DNA of 64,000 nucleotides from an uncultured Candidatus Saccharibacteria bacterium (GCA_964482735.1 CAYZYV010000002.1:86061-150060), one strand, 5' to 3'. Counted from the first letter of the stretch, positions 46,213-58,555 are shown. Program-made: numbers and translations. The notes: generated by a model from the sequence alone, not told the origin.

Positions 46213-49200
46213 TTGGTCTATATGTCGCCCGGTCGCTTAATCTGTTATACTAGAGAAATGGACGATAAAGTTTTTAAATCAAATTTTATACACTTACACA
46301 CTCACTCTCACTACTCTCTTTTAGATGGGCTTTCTAAAATCCCAGACATGGTAAAAAAGGCCAAAGAAAATGGAATGTATGCTCTTGCACTAACAGACCA
46401 TGGAAATATGTACGGGGCTATTGAATTGTATAAAGAATGTAAAAAAGCTGGAATTAAACCTATCATAGGGGTTGAAGCGTACATTGCTGAACGAGGGAGA
46501 AAAGACAAAGAGCCCGGTGTTGATAATAAGAGATACCACCTTACCCTTTTAGCAAAAAACAAACAGGGGTATAAAAACTTAATGAGACTTGTTTCGTTGG
46601 CTAACACCGAAGGTTATTATTACAAGCCTCGTATGGATAAAGAAATTCTTAGAGAGTATCACGAAGGAATTATCTGCCTTTCTGGTTGTATGGGGAGCCA
46701 GCTTTCTCAGGCAGTCATAGCTCGAAATACTGAAAAGGCAGAGGAACTAATAAAAGAACACCAAGATATATTTGGAAAAGAAAATTACTTTTTGGAAGTT
46801 CATTCTCATGCACATATTGAAAACGATAAAATGTTGCGAGATGGTATTATGGCACTCGGTAAAAAATGGAATATCCCCGTAGTTGCAGGGCAAGACTCAC
46901 ACTATCTTTGCCAGGGCGATCACGAAGCTCACTCCACTCTCCTTCTCGTGAACACAGGTGTTATCGATACCAAAGAAGGTACTCGTTTTGAATTTTCAGA
47001 AGATGATTTTTCTTTAATTAACGAAGAAGAAGCTTTAAAATATTTTAGCGATACAAAAGAGGCTGTCTACAATACAAAAATGATAGCTGATTTATGTGAA
47101 GACTATGATTTGGAATTAGGTAAGGCATTCTTCCCTGATTTTCCCATACCAGAAGACACCACTGCCGATCAAATACTTCGTAAGCTCACACATGATGGAT
47201 TTGCCTTTCGAGGGTTAGAACCAACAAAAGTTTATACCGACAGACTCGAATATGAGCTTGGAATTATTAAACAAAAAGGATATCCTACCTACTTTCTTGT
47301 CGTTGGAGACTTACTTAGATACTCCAGAGAAAATGGAATTTATACTAATGTCCGAGGATCTGTTGCTGGATCATTAACTACTTACTTATTGGGAATCACT
47401 AACGTTGATCCTATTACTTATAAATTACCTTTCGAAAGATTCTTAAATCCAGAAAGACCGTCCTTGCCCGATATCGATATGGACTATGCCGATAACAGAC
47501 GAGATGAAATAATAGCATATGCAAAAAGTAAATACGGCGATGATAAGGTAGCACAAATAGGTACATTTGGTTCTATGATGGCTAAAGGCTCAATTAAAGA
47601 CGTAGCTCGAGCTTTGGGGTATCCATACGCTGTCGGAGATAGAATCTCTTCCATGGTCCCTCTAGGGGCTCAAGGAAAGCCTATGACGATCAAACATGCT
47701 ATGGAGCTGGTTCCTGAATTAAAAGACGCTTACAAAAATGAACCTGACACAAAAAGAATTATCGATCTCGCATTAAAGCTTGAAGGGTGTGTTCGACACA
47801 TCTCTGTTCACGCAGCGGGAGTCGTTATTGCTCCAAAACCTCTTTATGAATATACCCCTGTACAATTCGATCCTAAGGGTGGAAGCATTATTACTCAGTA
47901 TGATATGCACAGCATTGAAGACGCTGGGCTTCCAAAGTTCGATTTCTTGGGAATTAGAAACCTGGCTATATTAGCTCTGGCTGTAAAACTTGTAAAAAAA
48001 GTTCAAAATATAGATATAGATATTATTAAAATACCTCTTGATGATAAGAAAACTTTTTCACTTTTAACAAAAGGAGAAACAGTCGGACTCTTCCAACTAA
48101 ACGGAACAGGTATGACTCACTATCTAAAAGAATTGAAAGTTTCAAACATCCACGATATCAATGTGATGATCGCTTTATATCGTCCTGGACCAATGGAAAA
48201 CATCGATGAGTACATCGCCCGAAAACACGGAAAAAAACCAGTGGTTTATGTGCACCCAAAAATGAAAAACTTTCTCGACACAACATACGGAGTGCTTGTT
48301 TATCAAGATGACTTGTTGATGACAGCCATCGAGGTAGCAGGATATTCCTGGGGAGAAGTAGATAAATTTAGAAAAGCTGTTGGTAAAAAAATTCCTGAAG
48401 AAATGGCGAAACAACACGTTATTTTCGTTGAAGGATGTCAAAAAAATGGTGGAATGACCAAGAAAGAAGCTGAAAACTTATGGAGCATGTTTGAACCTTT
48501 TCAAGGTTACGGATTTAACAAAGCTCATGCCGCAAGTTATGGCTTCGTCGCTTATCAAACAGCTTACATGAAGGCTAATTACCCTGTAGAGTACATGACG
48601 GCAATACTAACATCAGAATCGGGTGACATAGAAAAAATTGCTGAAATAGTTCACGAATGTGAAAGAATGGATATAGATGTTTTACCTCCAGATATTAATG
48701 AAAGTTTTGGAGGATTTACTATAGTTGAAGGAGATGACGGAAAAAAAGATATTCGTTTTGGACTTTATACTATTAAAAATCTTGGAAAAGATATAGCGGA
48801 TGCAATCATTGAAGAAAGAAAGCTAAATGGTGTGTACAAATCGCTTGCAGACTTTTTTGAAAGAATTAATCACCGTAATTTAAATAAAAAATCCGTAGAA
48901 GCCCTTGCAAAATCAGGCTCAATGGACGAATTAGCTGAACGTAATATGGTCATCGGGAATCTAGAAACACTTCTCTCATTTAATAAAGAAGCTCGAGGGT
49001 CATCTAGCCAAGTATCTTTATTTGGAGAAATCGGAGGAGTCAGTGCAAAACTTTCTCTCCTACCTAAAGAACCTTCTAATAAAAAAGAAAAATTATCTTG
49101 GGAGAAAGACTTGTTAGGATTATACATCTCAGGACATCCTCTAGATGAATATAAAGAGAAAATTGAAAAGTTTGGAACCGTAACAAAGGATATAAGACAG

Positions 49201-49458
49201 AAATGTAAAGTGAATGATATCGTGACCGTCGCCGCTATCATAGATGAAGTTAAAGTATTCACTACTAAAAGCAATACAAATATGGCATTCTTGAGATTAT
49301 CTGATTTTACAGGGAGCATTGACGCCGTTGCTTTTAATAAGCTCTACGAAGCCAATAAAGATATTTTTGTCACAGATAACGTAATCGCTCTCAAAGGTAA
49401 GGTTACTGAACGAAACGGCGAAAAAAGCATTGCTATAGATACAGTAAAGAAGATATAA
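46213..49458 (+). CDS. dnaE: DNA polymerase III alpha subunit
   Basis: PHP domain HLHTHSHYSLLDG, the polymerase core motif RPSLPDIDMD and a C-terminal OB fold. 1081 aa. Confidence 0.9.
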   Translation: MVYMSPGRLICYTREMDDKVFKSNFIHLHTHSHYSLLDGLSKIPDMVKKAKENGMYALALTDHGNMYGAIELYKECKKAGIKPIIGVEAYIAERGRKDKEPGVDNKRYHLTLLAKNKQGYKNLMRLVSLANTEGYYYKPRMDKEILREYHEGIICLSGCMGSQLSQAVIARNTEKAEELIKEHQDIFGKENYFLEVHSHAHIENDKMLRDGIMALGKKWNIPVVAGQDSHYLCQGDHEAHSTLLLVNTGVIDTKEGTRFEFSEDDFSLINEEEALKYFSDTKEAVYNTKMIADLCEDYDLELGKAFFPDFPIPEDTTADQILRKLTHDGFAFRGLEPTKVYTDRLEYELGIIKQKGYPTYFLVVGDLLRYSRENGIYTNVRGSVAGSLTTYLLGITNVDPITYKLPFERFLNPERPSLPDIDMDYADNRRDEIIAYAKSKYGDDKVAQIGTFGSMMAKGSIKDVARALGYPYAVGDRISSMVPLGAQGKPMTIKHAMELVPELKDAYKNEPDTKRIIDLALKLEGCVRHISVHAAGVVIAPKPLYEYTPVQFDPKGGSIITQYDMHSIEDAGLPKFDFLGIRNLAILALAVKLVKKVQNIDIDIIKIPLDDKKTFSLLTKGETVGLFQLNGTGMTHYLKELKVSNIHDINVMIALYRPGPMENIDEYIARKHGKKPVVYVHPKMKNFLDTTYGVLVYQDDLLMTAIEVAGYSWGEVDKFRKAVGKKIPEEMAKQHVIFVEGCQKNGGMTKKEAENLWSMFEPFQGYGFNKAHAASYGFVAYQTAYMKANYPVEYMTAILTSESGDIEKIAEIVHECERMDIDVLPPDINESFGGFTIVEGDDGKKDIRFGLYTIKNLGKDIADAIIEERKLNGVYKSLADFFERINHRNLNKKSVEALAKSGSMDELAERNMVIGNLETLLSFNKEARGSSSQVSLFGEIGGVSAKLSLLPKEPSNKKEKLSWEKDLLGLYISGHPLDEYKEKIEKFGTVTKDIRQKCKVNDIVTVAAIIDEVKVFTTKSNTNMAFLRLSDFTGSIDAVAFNKLYEANKDIFVTDNVIALKGKVTERNGEKSIAIDTVKKI

Positions 49459-49460
49459 AA

Positions 49461-49496
49461 AAAATAATCCCCCGAACTTAATCGAGGGATTATTTT
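49461..49496. terminator. Hairpin AAAATAATCCC-CCGAACTTAATCGA-GGGATTATTTT
   Basis: Between convergent dnaE and the 49497 gene. Confidence 0.6.
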
Positions 49497-50084
49497 TTAG
49501 GCGTTATTATTTTTCTCAAACTTAGCTATTGAATCCATGATTTTCATTACTTGTTTAGAATATCCTGGAACAATAGAATCTGGGTTGTATTTTTTAAGAA
49601 TTTGTTCAGTGGTCATTTCTGACTTGTAGTGAGGAGCATTTTCGTTATTTCCTCCAAGGGTTTTAGAAATATACTCTATAGACTCATCTATTGAACTAAA
49701 TCCTTTTTTGCATGAGTGCCAACCAAAACTGTTATAAGGGGCATTTGGACTTTTACAAGCAAACTTACCTCCAGTTGTTTCTCTCATTGCAATTGCGGGC
49801 AAAAGACGCCAGTCAATATCATTTTTCTCTGCCTCGATTACAAATTTCATTCCGTAACCAGACAAAGGGGCGTTTTTGGATGCAAAATAATCATCTATTG
49901 CATCAGCTTTTGCCTTTCGAGTTTCATTTTCTTGTGTTGTTATCACAGAAACCTCGCTCGTTACAGCTTCAACGTTTGCAGTTATACTTCCTACCGCATC
50001 AAGACTTGCAAGTGGCATAGTCATAGCGAACATCGGAAAGACAACAAAAGACTGCAGAACGTTTTTAATTTTATTTATATGCAT
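49497..50084 (-). CDS. Secreted glucosaminidase-like cell-wall hydrolase domain protein (tentative)
   Basis: Signal peptide. LLPAIAMRETTGG...NSFGW resembles the FlgJ/glucosaminidase core. Confidence 0.35.
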   Translation of the reverse strand: MHINKIKNVLQSFVVFPMFAMTMPLASLDAVGSITANVEAVTSEVSVITTQENETRKAKADAIDDYFASKNAPLSGYGMKFVIEAEKNDIDWRLLPAIAMRETTGGKFACKSPNAPYNSFGWHSCKKGFSSIDESIEYISKTLGGNNENAPHYKSEMTTEQILKKYNPDSIVPGYSKQVMKIMDSIAKFEKNNNA

Positions 50085-50448
50085 AATCGACAGTTTATCG
50101 ATCTGTCAAACGCCATCCTGTGATGGTTAATCTTAGCTTTTTATTTATATAAGCGGCTAAAATTAAAAAATCCATAATACACTATTTATTATCATAATAT
50201 ATTTGGACTCCTTCATAGTATCATAAATGGGTGGATAAGTCAATGGTTATAACACGATTTTAGGTATCGTCAAATTCAAAAAACCCTTATATTATAAGGG
50301 TTTTTTGAATGTTTTCTATTGACAGATACAATGAATCTATTGTTAAATAATGCCTAAAAATAAGGTTTTTTCTCAATTTTTGACAAAAGATAACTTATGT
50401 GTGATAAATGTCCTTATTTTTCAATCTTTTCTATAATTTTAATTATTT

Positions 50449-52929
50449 TTACTTTCCACAACACTGTTTGTACTTCTTGCCAGATCCACAAGGACATGGG
50501 TCATTTCGCCCGACCTTGGGAGACTCTCTCCTCTTTGGTTGTCGTCCTTCATCCCCATCTCCAGAGTTTAATATAAGCTCAGGCTTCTTTTCTATAGTCT
50601 CTTTTTCAGGTTCATCCTTAGTATCTACGTTTATAGTGTTAATTAAAGAAACAACTTTGTCTCTAAAATTAAGTTCCATTTCTTTAAAGAGCTTCAAACC
50701 TTCCTTTTTGTATTCAATTAATGGTTCTCTTTGTCCATAGGCTCTCAAATTAACCGATGAACGAGTATATTCCATTGTTTCTAGATGCTCTACCCAAAGG
50801 GTATCTGTCACATATAGGGCTATTCTTCGAATAGTTTCAAAGAATAGGTTCTCCCCCATCGCAAATCTCTTCTTTTTAATTACTTCCTCTAATTCATATC
50901 CGTATTCTTTAGTTAATGATTCCAAAAAGTTTTCAATTTCTTCGTGGTTTCCCAAAAGCATTGTCCTTCTCCTCTCATAAACAACTTTTCTTTGATGACT
51001 TAGAACATTATCATATTCCAGTGTATGTTTTCGGGCATCAAAGTGAAAACCTTCTACCTTTGCTTGAGCGTTTTCTAGAGTATTAGAGATAAACTTATTT
51101 TCTATTGGCTGATCTTCTCCAACTCCAAGCTTAGTCATCATGTTTTTAATTCTCTCTGATCCGAAAATTCTCATCAAATCATCATCCAAAGAGACATAAA
51201 ATCGCGTTTCCCCAGGATCACCTTGTCTTCCGGAACGTCCTCGCAACTGGTTATCTATTCTTCTAGCTTCATGACGTTCTGTACCAATAACAAATAAACC
51301 TCCAAGTTTTTTAACCTCTTCATATTTATCTTGGTCAAAAGGTACACCTCCTAATTTAATATCAACTCCTCTTCCGGCCATGTTAGTTGCTACAGTAACT
51401 GCACCCAGCCTTCCAGCGTTAGCAATAATTTCCCCCTCTCTTTCGTGATTCTTAGCATTTAGAACTGTATGTTGAATACCAGCTTGGGTAAGATAAGCTG
51501 ATAGAAGCTCGTTTTTCTCAATGGAAACAGTTCCCAAAAGTACAGGCTGACCTTTTTCATTCAAATCTTTTACCATTTGAGCTACAGCCTTAAACTTTGC
51601 AGCTTCTGTTTGATAAATTAAATCATTGTGATCTTTTCTATTTATAGGTTTGTGAGTAGGGACAACAACAACATCAAGTCCGTAAACTTTCAAAAATTCT
51701 TCTTTTGAAGTTTCAGCCGTTCCAGTCATACCAGATAGTTTGCTATAAAACTTAAAATAATTTTGGAATGTAATAGAGGCAACCGCCCTAGTTTCCTTTT
51801 CAATTTTTACTCCTTCTTTAGCTTCAATGGCTTGGTGAAGACCTTCACTCCATCTGCGACCTGGTTGTAATCTTCCAGTGAACGAATCAACAATGATAAC
51901 CTCTCCGTCTTTTACAACATAATCTTTATTGTTCTCATAAAGGGCTCGGGCCTTAACTGCGGTTTCTAGGTGGTGAACATATTTTATGCCTTTTTCGGTA
52001 TAGATGTTTTGTATACCTAATAAATCTTCTGCCATAGTAATACCGTGATCTGTCAAAGAGATAGCTCTAAGCTTCTCATCAACGGTGTAGTCTTCTTCTT
52101 TTTTTAGTTTCTTTGCAATGTCAGCAAAAGTATAATAAAGATCTTCACTATCTTCAGCGGGTGAAGAAATAATTAACGGGGTTCTAGATTCATCTATTAA
52201 AATAGAGTCCACCTCGTCTACAATAGCAAAAAATGGATTCCTTTGAACAACATCATCAATACTTCTTGCCAAATTATCCCTTAGATAATCAAAGCCAAAT
52301 TCGTTATTGGTACCATACGTTATATCGCAATTATAAGCATCTTTTCGCGAACAAGGCTTGAGATATTCATACTGGACACGAAAACCACCTATTTCCTTAT
52401 CGTCTTCAGCCTGCTCTTCCGAGACATGGCTTGGATCATAGACATAAGAAGTGTTTTGAGAATTTATTACACCCACACTTAACCCCAAGGCATGATAAAC
52501 AAGTCCCATGTTAACAGCATCTCTTCTTGAAAGATAATCGTTGACTGTAACTATGTGTACACCTTTCCCCGTGAGAGCATTCAAATATGCAGGCATCGTT
52601 GCAACTAGAGTTTTTCCTTCTCCTGTTCTCATCTCTGTAACTTTTCCATTATGCAAAGCAATCGCACCGACAAGTTGAACATCGTAATGTCTTTCACCTC
52701 TCGTTCGAACAGAAGCTTCTCTAACCAAAGCAAAAGCCTCTGGTAAAATATCATCTAGGCTTTCACCTTTTTCTAACCTACTCTTAAATTCGTCTGTTTT
52801 ATATTTCAAAGACTCATCGTCTAGACCTTTAAAGTATTCTTCCAGTTTGTTTATTTTTTCAACCAAAGGCTTCCATTTTTTGATTAACCGATCGCTTTCA
52901 GTTCCTATTATAGTATTTAGTATTCCCAT
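50449..52929 (-). CDS. secA: Preprotein translocase ATPase SecA
   Basis: Walker A GEGKTL, DEAD-like motor motifs, and the C-terminal zinc finger [14 protein letters not shown]. Confidence 0.95.
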   Translation of the reverse strand: MGILNTIIGTESDRLIKKWKPLVEKINKLEEYFKGLDDESLKYKTDEFKSRLEKGESLDDILPEAFALVREASVRTRGERHYDVQLVGAIALHNGKVTEMRTGEGKTLVATMPAYLNALTGKGVHIVTVNDYLSRRDAVNMGLVYHALGLSVGVINSQNTSYVYDPSHVSEEQAEDDKEIGGFRVQYEYLKPCSRKDAYNCDITYGTNNEFGFDYLRDNLARSIDDVVQRNPFFAIVDEVDSILIDESRTPLIISSPAEDSEDLYYTFADIAKKLKKEEDYTVDEKLRAISLTDHGITMAEDLLGIQNIYTEKGIKYVHHLETAVKARALYENNKDYVVKDGEVIIVDSFTGRLQPGRRWSEGLHQAIEAKEGVKIEKETRAVASITFQNYFKFYSKLSGMTGTAETSKEEFLKVYGLDVVVVPTHKPINRKDHNDLIYQTEAAKFKAVAQMVKDLNEKGQPVLLGTVSIEKNELLSAYLTQAGIQHTVLNAKNHEREGEIIANAGRLGAVTVATNMAGRGVDIKLGGVPFDQDKYEEVKKLGGLFVIGTERHEARRIDNQLRGRSGRQGDPGETRFYVSLDDDLMRIFGSERIKNMMTKLGVGEDQPIENKFISNTLENAQAKVEGFHFDARKHTLEYDNVLSHQRKVVYERRRTMLLGNHEEIENFLESLTKEYGYELEEVIKKKRFAMGENLFFETIRRIALYVTDTLWVEHLETMEYTRSSVNLRAYGQREPLIEYKKEGLKLFKEMELNFRDKVVSLINTINVDTKDEPEKETIEKKPELILNSGDGDEGRQPKRRESPKVGRNDPCPCGSGKKYKQCCGK

Positions 52930-53061
52930 TATATTAAAAACAAGACTAATTATAATATCTAATAAAATATCCTTGTTATATTATTATAAAACCTTAATTT
53001 ATAATGTTTATTCCGCAAACAGCATAGTCGGTGGAATATACATAATAGTCATTTTAACACA

Positions 53062-53097
53062 AAAAGAAAATCCTCGATAGAGAGAGGATTTTCTTTT
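53062..53097. terminator. Hairpin GAAAATCCTC-GATAGAGA-GAGGATTTTC flanked by A/T runs
   Basis: Perfect stem. Confidence 0.6.
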
Positions 53098-53112
53098 AGA
53101 GTTAAGCTAAAA

Positions 53113-53232
53113 TTATTTCTTAGCTTTTTTTGCAGGCTTCTTTGCAACTTTCTTAACAGCCTTTTTTGCAACTTTTTTTGCAGGCTTCTTTGCAACTTTC
53201 TTAACAGCCTTTTTTGCTTTTTTTACTACCAT
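53113..53232 (-). CDS. 39-aa lysine/alanine-rich histone-H1-like (Hc-like) nucleoid protein MVVKKAKKAVKKVAKKPAKKVAKKAVKKVAKKPAKKAKK
   Basis: Not in the ORF track because it is under 60 aa. ATG to TAA. The gene is built from a 48-bp tandem repeat (2 copies). Confidence 0.5.
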   Translation of the reverse strand: MVVKKAKKAVKKVAKKPAKKVAKKAVKKVAKKPAKKAKK

Positions 53233-53569
53233 ATTATTTTAAAAAATTATTTTTAAAAGATGTGTGTGAATCAGACGACCTTACAAAAAATTTTTAAAAA
53301 AAAATTTTTGTAAAAAACTTCATCACACTCACACTTATATTATCTCTCATCTAAAAAATAACCGCAATACTTTTTTGCAAAAAAGTGTGGATAACTTCCA
53401 ATTTTATTTTTTGAAAAAAAATTATAAAATTGAGAATCCTGTACTAAAATTTTTAAAAATTAATTATAAGAAAAAATAAAATTAAAAATTAAAAAAATTT
53501 TTTTAATTACAAAAAGTCAAAAGTAAATTTTTAGTACGGGGTAAATATGTAGAAAAAAATATAAATGAA

Positions 53570-53600
53570 AAACACCCAGCTTTGGACAGGGTGTTTTTCA
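53570..53600. terminator. Hairpin AAAAACACCC-AGCTTTGGACAG-GGTGTTTTT at the rnpB 3' end
   Basis: Perfect stem with a T-run on the minus strand. Confidence 0.6.
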
Positions 53601-53970
53601 TTTATATGGTTTTGTGTTTATAAGCCGAATTCTGTTCTCCGACTTTTAGTCGGAGCGGTAAACATTTATCTAGACCTAAAGTTACCCTCAGGCTCAAGCG
53701 ATTCAGACTCCGACCAAGGTCGGAGAATACGATCTTGCACACTCGTAAGGATTTAGCCGTTTCATTTTCTATGTTTCCATAGAACTCACCCCTCACTTAC
53801 GTTTAGGGTGCTACACTCTTTCGAGTTAATAGCGTCTCTGCTCGCACCTCTATGATTACTCACGATGGGTGTTACCCACTACAACTGCCTGACGTAGTCA
53901 GACTGTGTGTTCGGACTTTCCTCACTCCGACATAAATCGAAGCGCGTTTACCTAACACAAAACCATAAAC
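53600..53970 (-). ncRNA. rnpB: RNase P RNA (bacterial type A-like)
   Basis: On the minus strand: P1 pairing TATGGTTTTGTGTT (5') with AACACAAAACCATA (3'). P4 5' strand GAGGAAAGTCCGAAC. The 3' P4 strand ACAGAATTCGGCTTA matches the universal ACAGAAnnCGGCUUA. Length about 370 nt. Confidence 0.75.
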
Positions 53971-54084
53971 ATAATATCAAAATATCTGTCACTTGACAAT
54001 ACCAGTCTAATTTGCTATACTTTGTCTAGTGAGTTAAACACTCCAATCGTCAGTACTAATTATTGTCTGACAACAATTGCGAGC

Positions 54085-54110
54085 AAAACCCCGACTTCGG
54101 TCGGGGTTTT
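54085..54110. terminator. Hairpin AAAACCCCGACTTCGGTCGGGGTTTT
   Basis: Perfect stem with a TTCG loop, in the 16S-rnpB spacer. Confidence 0.6.
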
Positions 54111-54436
54111 GTGTTTTTAATTAAATAATATATAATAAAAGTGTAGTCGTTGTGTGTTTTAGCCAGCGGCTGCACTCACATCGCAATTGTATGTTGGAGC
54201 TTAGCACCCGCTGGCTCAAGCACACAAAAAATAAAAAGCTCAACATTCGTTGAGCTTTTTATTTTTCTTTTTTAATAAGTATGTTCATCATAATTGAAGT
54301 ATTCTTTCTTTTGTTCCGTCTATTGGGTCTTTCCCTCATGTCAGATTTATTTTAAGACTAAAATCATCGTCTATTATGTGCTCAATTGAGGCACATAATA
54401 TCGCCTTTTAATCCCGACTAGGTCGGGACCTTTTCA

Positions 54437-55978
<1,542 letters not shown>

Positions 55979-56304
55979 AATCTATACATAAATGTATGAT
56001 TCGAAATAGAACGGAACAAAAGAAAAAATACTTTTGTCCAATATTACTGGTTGTTTGCGATTCGCTAAATGCGAATCAATGCTTGATTATGATAGTTCTC
56101 TTATAACTAAAAGTTATTTTGAGAACACTTACCTATTAAAATTTCAAAGAAAGTAAAACAGTCAGATACAATCAGACTGTGGACTCCATTATATACATTC
56201 AAAAAAATAAGTCAAGCCTTATTTGACTATTTCACCTATGGAATTAGCCTATTTTACACCAGGCTCTCTTCTGCCAATAAAAGTTATATTTTATAAGGGT
56301 TTAA

Positions 56305-56598
56305 TTAGTGGTTTCTGTACCAATCAAGCCCCTCATTCTTCTTGTCGTCATCTTCCGTATTGATACGATCAACAGACTTAAATTCTTTTTCTAGTTCTCT
56401 CTTGTTAAAAATTTTCCCACTTATTGAGTATTCATTATTACCTTTATAACTAACAATTAGTTTTGCGTTAGGATATTTTAGATTAAGATCTTCTAATAGC
56501 TTATTAGCCCTTTCTTGATCAGAAGAAGGCTCACTTGCTTTAAAGTCTATATCGAGCTGACCATCTTTATTAGTGTGATTTTGTTCTAAACTTGTCAT
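56305..56598 (-). CDS. Hypothetical acidic 97-aa protein
   Basis: ORF only. Confidence 0.3.
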   Translation of the reverse strand: MTSLEQNHTNKDGQLDIDFKASEPSSDQERANKLLEDLNLKYPNAKLIVSYKGNNEYSISGKIFNKRELEKEFKSVDRINTEDDDKKNEGLDWYRNH

Positions 56599-56670
56599 AC
56601 TATTATTATAATACTAATTAGAAGGTTTACAAAACCGTTTTTTTTTGTAATAATTGTTCTTAGTTAACGA

Positions 56671-56743
56671 GCCCTGTTAGCTCAGCTGGTAGAGCAGCTC
56701 CCTCTTAAGGAGATGGTCGGAGGTTCGATTCCTCCACGGGGCA
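56671..56743 (+). tRNA. tRNA-Lys (anticodon CTT)
   Basis: Acceptor GCCCTGT/ACGGGGC, D-arm GCTC-AGCTGGTA-GAGC, anticodon loop CTCTTAA, T-arm GGAGG-TTCGATT-CCTCC, discriminator A. Confidence 0.85.
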
Positions 56744-56943
56744 CAAATTTTTGCGAAGCACAAAATTTGTGATTTTTAAACATACCCCTAATGTATGTTT
56801 AAAAAGAATCGAAAGACGGAGGCCGACTGGCCGAGTCGGGGTCGCGAGATTTTTCAGCAGAAAAATACTTGTGACCGATTCCCTCACGGGGCACAAAATA
56901 AAAAACCTGTCGAAAGACAAGGTTTTTTATTTTGTGCCCCGTG
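56744..56943 (+). repeat. tRNA-flanking structured repeat (copy C) downstream of tRNA-Lys, ending in a 22-nt imperfect copy of the tRNA-Lys 3' end embedded in a 27-bp hairpin
   Basis: GAAAGACGGAGGCCGACTGGCCGAGTCGGGGTCGCGAGATTTTTCAGCAGAAAAATACTTGTGACC, then GATTCCCTCACGGGGCACAAAAT (20 of 22 nt match the tRNA-Lys 3' end). This runs into the perfect hairpin CACGGGGCACAAAATAAAAAACCTGTC-GAAA-GACAAGGTTTTTTATTTTGTGCCCCGTG. Confidence 0.5.
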
Positions 56944-56962
56944 GAGAGAAAACTATTTCATA

Positions 56963-57454
56963 TTATCTTTTATTAATACAGAACGTACCTCCAGCTTCCA
57001 ATGTTGCACACAAGTCGTACTGCTGTCCAGCAGCACATCCTGCACAAGCTTCATTAGCATTCCAAACTTCATATGTATATCTATATGTAGCGTTATTAAT
57101 AGGATCTTTAGGTAAAGAAGACATAAAACCATCGACAACCAAATCTCTTAGATCACTGCTAGAGCCCCAATCAGATGAAACAGGTAAACAACTATCGGCA
57201 TTGGAATAACTGGTATCTACACCACATCCTTCTGGTTGAGTATACGCTCCATATTTATCGTAGTTAAATTCTAGGGCTTTTTCTATTTGTCTTAAATCCA
57301 TCTTCCTTCTCGCATCTCTACTTTTTGATCGAGCAGTATTTAAGCTACCTATCACCACCGCAGACAAAATTCCAATAATAGCGATGACAACTAGAAGTTC
57401 AATCAGGGTAAATCCCCTATCTCTAGGTTTAGTTTTAACACAACTAAAAATCAT
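56963..57454 (-). CDS. Type IV pilin (PilA-like), prepilin N-terminal methylation motif
   Basis: RGFTLIELLVVIAIIGILSAVVIGSL at the N-terminus. 163 aa. Confidence 0.75.
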   Translation of the reverse strand: MIFSCVKTKPRDRGFTLIELLVVIAIIGILSAVVIGSLNTARSKSRDARRKMDLRQIEKALEFNYDKYGAYTQPEGCGVDTSYSNADSCLPVSSDWGSSSDLRDLVVDGFMSSLPKDPINNATYRYTYEVWNANEACAGCAAGQQYDLCATLEAGGTFCINKR

Positions 57455-57492
57455 ATAGTCATTATACTATAAAATTATTATCGTGTGAATTT

Positions 57493-58500
57493 TTATTTTC
57501 TCAACAATTTCACCAATCCATCCATAAAATTTTTTATAGACGCATCGTCAAATAAGGATAATACAAAAACTGGTTTGCCCAATTTCTCAAAATCCTTTTT
57601 CGCTTTTTCAATTTTCTTTTGATCTTCTATGATATCTGATTTTGTCAAAACCACAACTTCTTCTTTTTCTGCTAATTGCTTATCGTATTTTTCTAACTCC
57701 CCTCTGATGATTTTATAATTCCTCATCATTTCTTTTTCATTTCCTGCCCCGTTGGAAGTCGTAGACTTTCCTTCGGGATCAAACGACACTAAATGTGCGA
57801 TCATTTTCGTTCTCTTAGTATGCTTCAAGAATTTCACTCCGAGCCCTTTGCCTTCGCTTGCTCCTTCGATGAGCCCTGGTATATCAGCAATTGTGAATCC
57901 ATAAAAATCTCCAAGATTAGGATCGAGTGTTGTAAATTGATAGTTACCTATTTTAGCATTTGCATTTGTTATGGAATTTAAAAGAGAAGATTTCCCCGCA
58001 TTAGGCATTCCTATCAATCCAACATCGGCAAAAAGTTCTAGTTCTATTTTAAAATTTCCTTCTTCTCCTTCTAATCCACGGCTTGCTTTTTTTGGAGCTA
58101 CGTTTGTCGAACTTTTGTAATGTTCATTTCCATAGCCTCCTTCACCACCTTTCAAAAGTAATTCCTTTTGTCCGACTTTATCAAGTGACACGCTAGCTCC
58201 ATTTTCTACGTTTGTGATTACAGATCCAACCGGTAATTCTATAATTAAATCCTGTCCATCTTTTCCGTGACGACTTCCTCCACCACCATCCTCTCCTTTT
58301 TCTGCTCTGAAATCTTTTTTGTGTTTATATTTTGCCAATAAGTGAATATCAGAAATAGCCAGAGCATAAACATCTCCTCCTCTTCCACCATCTCCACCGT
58401 TTGGTCCTCCTTTGTCTATAAATTTCTCTCGTCGCCATCGAACAACCCCGTCTCCACCACGGCCAGCTTTTGCATAAAATTGTATTTCATCTATAAACAT
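57493..58500 (-). CDS. obg: GTPase Obg
   Basis: Gly-rich Obg fold (GGDGGRGGDV) and G-domain GMPNAGKSSLL, DIPGLIEGA. Confidence 0.9.
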   Translation of the reverse strand: MFIDEIQFYAKAGRGGDGVVRWRREKFIDKGGPNGGDGGRGGDVYALAISDIHLLAKYKHKKDFRAEKGEDGGGGSRHGKDGQDLIIELPVGSVITNVENGASVSLDKVGQKELLLKGGEGGYGNEHYKSSTNVAPKKASRGLEGEEGNFKIELELFADVGLIGMPNAGKSSLLNSITNANAKIGNYQFTTLDPNLGDFYGFTIADIPGLIEGASEGKGLGVKFLKHTKRTKMIAHLVSFDPEGKSTTSNGAGNEKEMMRNYKIIRGELEKYDKQLAEKEEVVVLTKSDIIEDQKKIEKAKKDFEKLGKPVFVLSLFDDASIKNFMDGLVKLLRK

Positions 58501-58555
58501 ATCTGTGCATTTCGAGAAGAGCTATTTAAATTTTTTAACTCTTTCCACCTATAAC

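Noticed and set aside
53233-53560. Chromosomal oriC.
   Set aside because: Only one DnaA-box 9-mer is present (another single copy is at 28796). There is no dnaA/dnaN nearby. A single 9-mer is about what is expected by chance in 128 kb of two-strand sequence.
53565-53796. 63-aa and 64-aa ORFs inside the RNase P RNA.
   Set aside because: The region is explained by rnpB (P1 and P4 pairings found).
56751-57209. Plus-strand ORFs of 152 and 106 aa, and a 71-aa minus ORF, overlapping the tRNA-Lys repeat and hairpin and the pilin gene.
   Set aside because: They run through a tRNA-flanking repeat and a 27-bp hairpin, antisense to a well-supported pilin gene. They are not coding.
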